From NCBI RefSeq assembly GCF_006345805.1, contig NC_043005.1, positions 97,712,001 to 97,776,000 on the forward strand: a stretch of DNA of 64,000 nt, read 5' to 3'. The position numbers were made by a program, and so were the translations under genes. The DNA is from Octopus sinensis. Its lineage: Eukaryota. Positions 62,500-64,000 of this stretch are shown in pieces. The notes under the pieces were generated by a model, which did no database searches, had not been told where the DNA came from, and saw only the letters and a program-made list of their open reading frames with translations. Each line of letters begins with the position of its first letter. The first letter of the stretch is position 1.

Positions 62500-62722
62500 T
62501 TACCCAAAAGGGGTTAAACATAAAGGGGACAAACAAGGACAGACAAAGGGATTAAGTCGATTACATCGACCCCAGTGCGTAACTTGTACTTAATTTATCG
62601 ACCCCGAAAGGATGAAAGGCAAAGTTGACCTTGGCGGACTTTGAACTCAGAACATAGTGGCAGACGAAATACCTCTCAGCAATTTTGCCCAGTGTGCTAA
62701 CCACTCTGCCAGCTCACCACCT
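62500..62722 (-). mobile_element. MetaSINE
   Basis: Reverse complement of the Meta domain; GTGTTTAGTAATCTGT occurs on both sides (TSD-like). Confidence 0.85.
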
Positions 62723-63059
62723 TCAAGTGTTTAGTAATCTGTAGAATGTGTCTGTTTATGTATGTAGTCGTACATGTGTGTGTGTGTGTGTGTGTGCGTG
62801 TGTGTGTGTGGTGTGTGTGTGAAGGTACACGTGTAACTGTGAAGATATCTGTGTGTATGTTCATGTATGTGAATGTGTGTGTGCCATTATAAGTGCGAGT
62901 GTATATGTATATGACTGTGTTACATGCAGTTGTCCATGTGTGAAGATATATATATATATCTGACTGCGTTAAGATGTATTTATGTGTTTATGTCTACATA
63001 CGTAGCTGTGCAGAGGAAGGCATTAGTGTGACTGTGTGAGGGTAGGTTTGTGTATGTAA

Positions 63060-63810
63060 AAAAAAAAGGATTAAGACACCTTTCGGCCATGAATGACCAT
63101 GGGATTGCACCTAGAAAGTTCTCCGGGCAAGGTTGTTTCATGGAAGACCAGCAGTCGCCCATAAATACCAGCTTCCCCTCTCTCTCAGCCACCAATATTA
63201 TTCAAAGGAAAGGTAAAGCTGATACAGTTTGGCACCAGTGACATTGCAACTCATTTCTACAGCTGAGTGAACTGAGCAATGTGAAATGAAGTGTCTTGCT
63301 CAAAAACACAACACAAAGCCCAGTCCGGGATTCAAACTCACATCCTCATAATTTTTAGCCTGATGCTCTAACCACTCAGCCATGCATCTTCATTATTGTG
63401 TAAGTGTTTGTTAATATATTCATGACAGTGCCTTTCAAAATGTGCATATGTCGGTGTCTGTGTCCGTGCTTCTGTGTGTGTGTGTGTGTGTGTATGTGAA
63501 GGCACGTGGCTTAGTGGTTAGGAGTATTCAGCTCCTGATTGAAAAGCCATAAGTTTGAATCCCAGCAGTGCATTGTGTCCTTGAGCAAGACACTTCATTT
63601 CACATTGGCTCAGTCCACTCAGCTGACAAAAATGAGTTGTACCAGTATTTTAAAAGGCCATCCTTGTCACATTCTGTGTCATGCTGAATCTCCTTGAGAA
63701 TTACTTTAAGGGCATGCATGCCTGAAGTGCTTAGCCAGATTAATTTCATGAACAGGCTGTCCTGTTCATCAGCTCAGCTGGAATCCTCTTTGACATAACC
63801 AATGGAGTGC
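63060..63810. mobile_element. Head-to-head pair of CORE-like SINEs (63060-63392 -, 63495-63810 +)
   Basis: Shared head and CTTGAGCAAGACACTT core, different 3' tails. Confidence 0.75.
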
Positions 63811-63821
63811 CATATATGTAT

Positions 63822-63995
63822 CACAACTGATGTTGGTGTATTTACATCCCTGTAACTTAGCAGTTTGGCAAAAGAGACCTATAGAATAAGTACTAGGCTT
63901 GCAAAGAATAGGTCCTGGGGTCGATTTGTTTGACTAAAGGCAGTGCTCCAGCATGGCCACAGTCAAATGCCTGAAACAAATAAAAGACAAGAATA
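63822..63995 (+). mobile_element. CORE-type SINE 3' half
   Basis: Matches 46795-46962. Confidence 0.8.
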
Positions 63996-64000
63996 TATAT

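Overview
AT-rich, microsatellite-dense eukaryotic (animal) DNA with no convincing host exon, tRNA gene, rRNA or CRISPR array. The repeat set (MetaSINEs, CORE-type SINEs, RTE and R4/Dong LINEs, mariner relics, many (TA)n/(AAT)n/(CA)n tracts) suggests a cephalopod, probably Octopus; this is inference. Most ORFs in the track are translated microsatellites. Real coding signal is limited to mobile elements: a near full-length R4/Dong LINE at ~50.55-54.52 kb, Dong and RTE fragments, four mariner relics, a Penelope GIY-YIG fragment (305-607) and a Penelope-type RT relic (~55.27-55.9 kb). The main observation is a set of about 10 complete and several partial minimal type-I hammerhead ribozyme folds in at least 8 sequence families. 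Each has CUGANGA, stem II, GAAA, a palindromic stem III, an NUH site and a short stem I. Most lie in short non-coding elements ending at (TA)n tracts, and several are long head-to-head palindromes whose axis lies 5' of the core. Core variants include U3-A8, A6U (two copies) and U4C, and one family has a tRNA-like Pol III head upstream of the ribozyme. Hammerheads in Penelope-like elements are established; the density, core variants and fold-back geometry here are what merit testing. All folds were read by eye and repeat boundaries are approximate.
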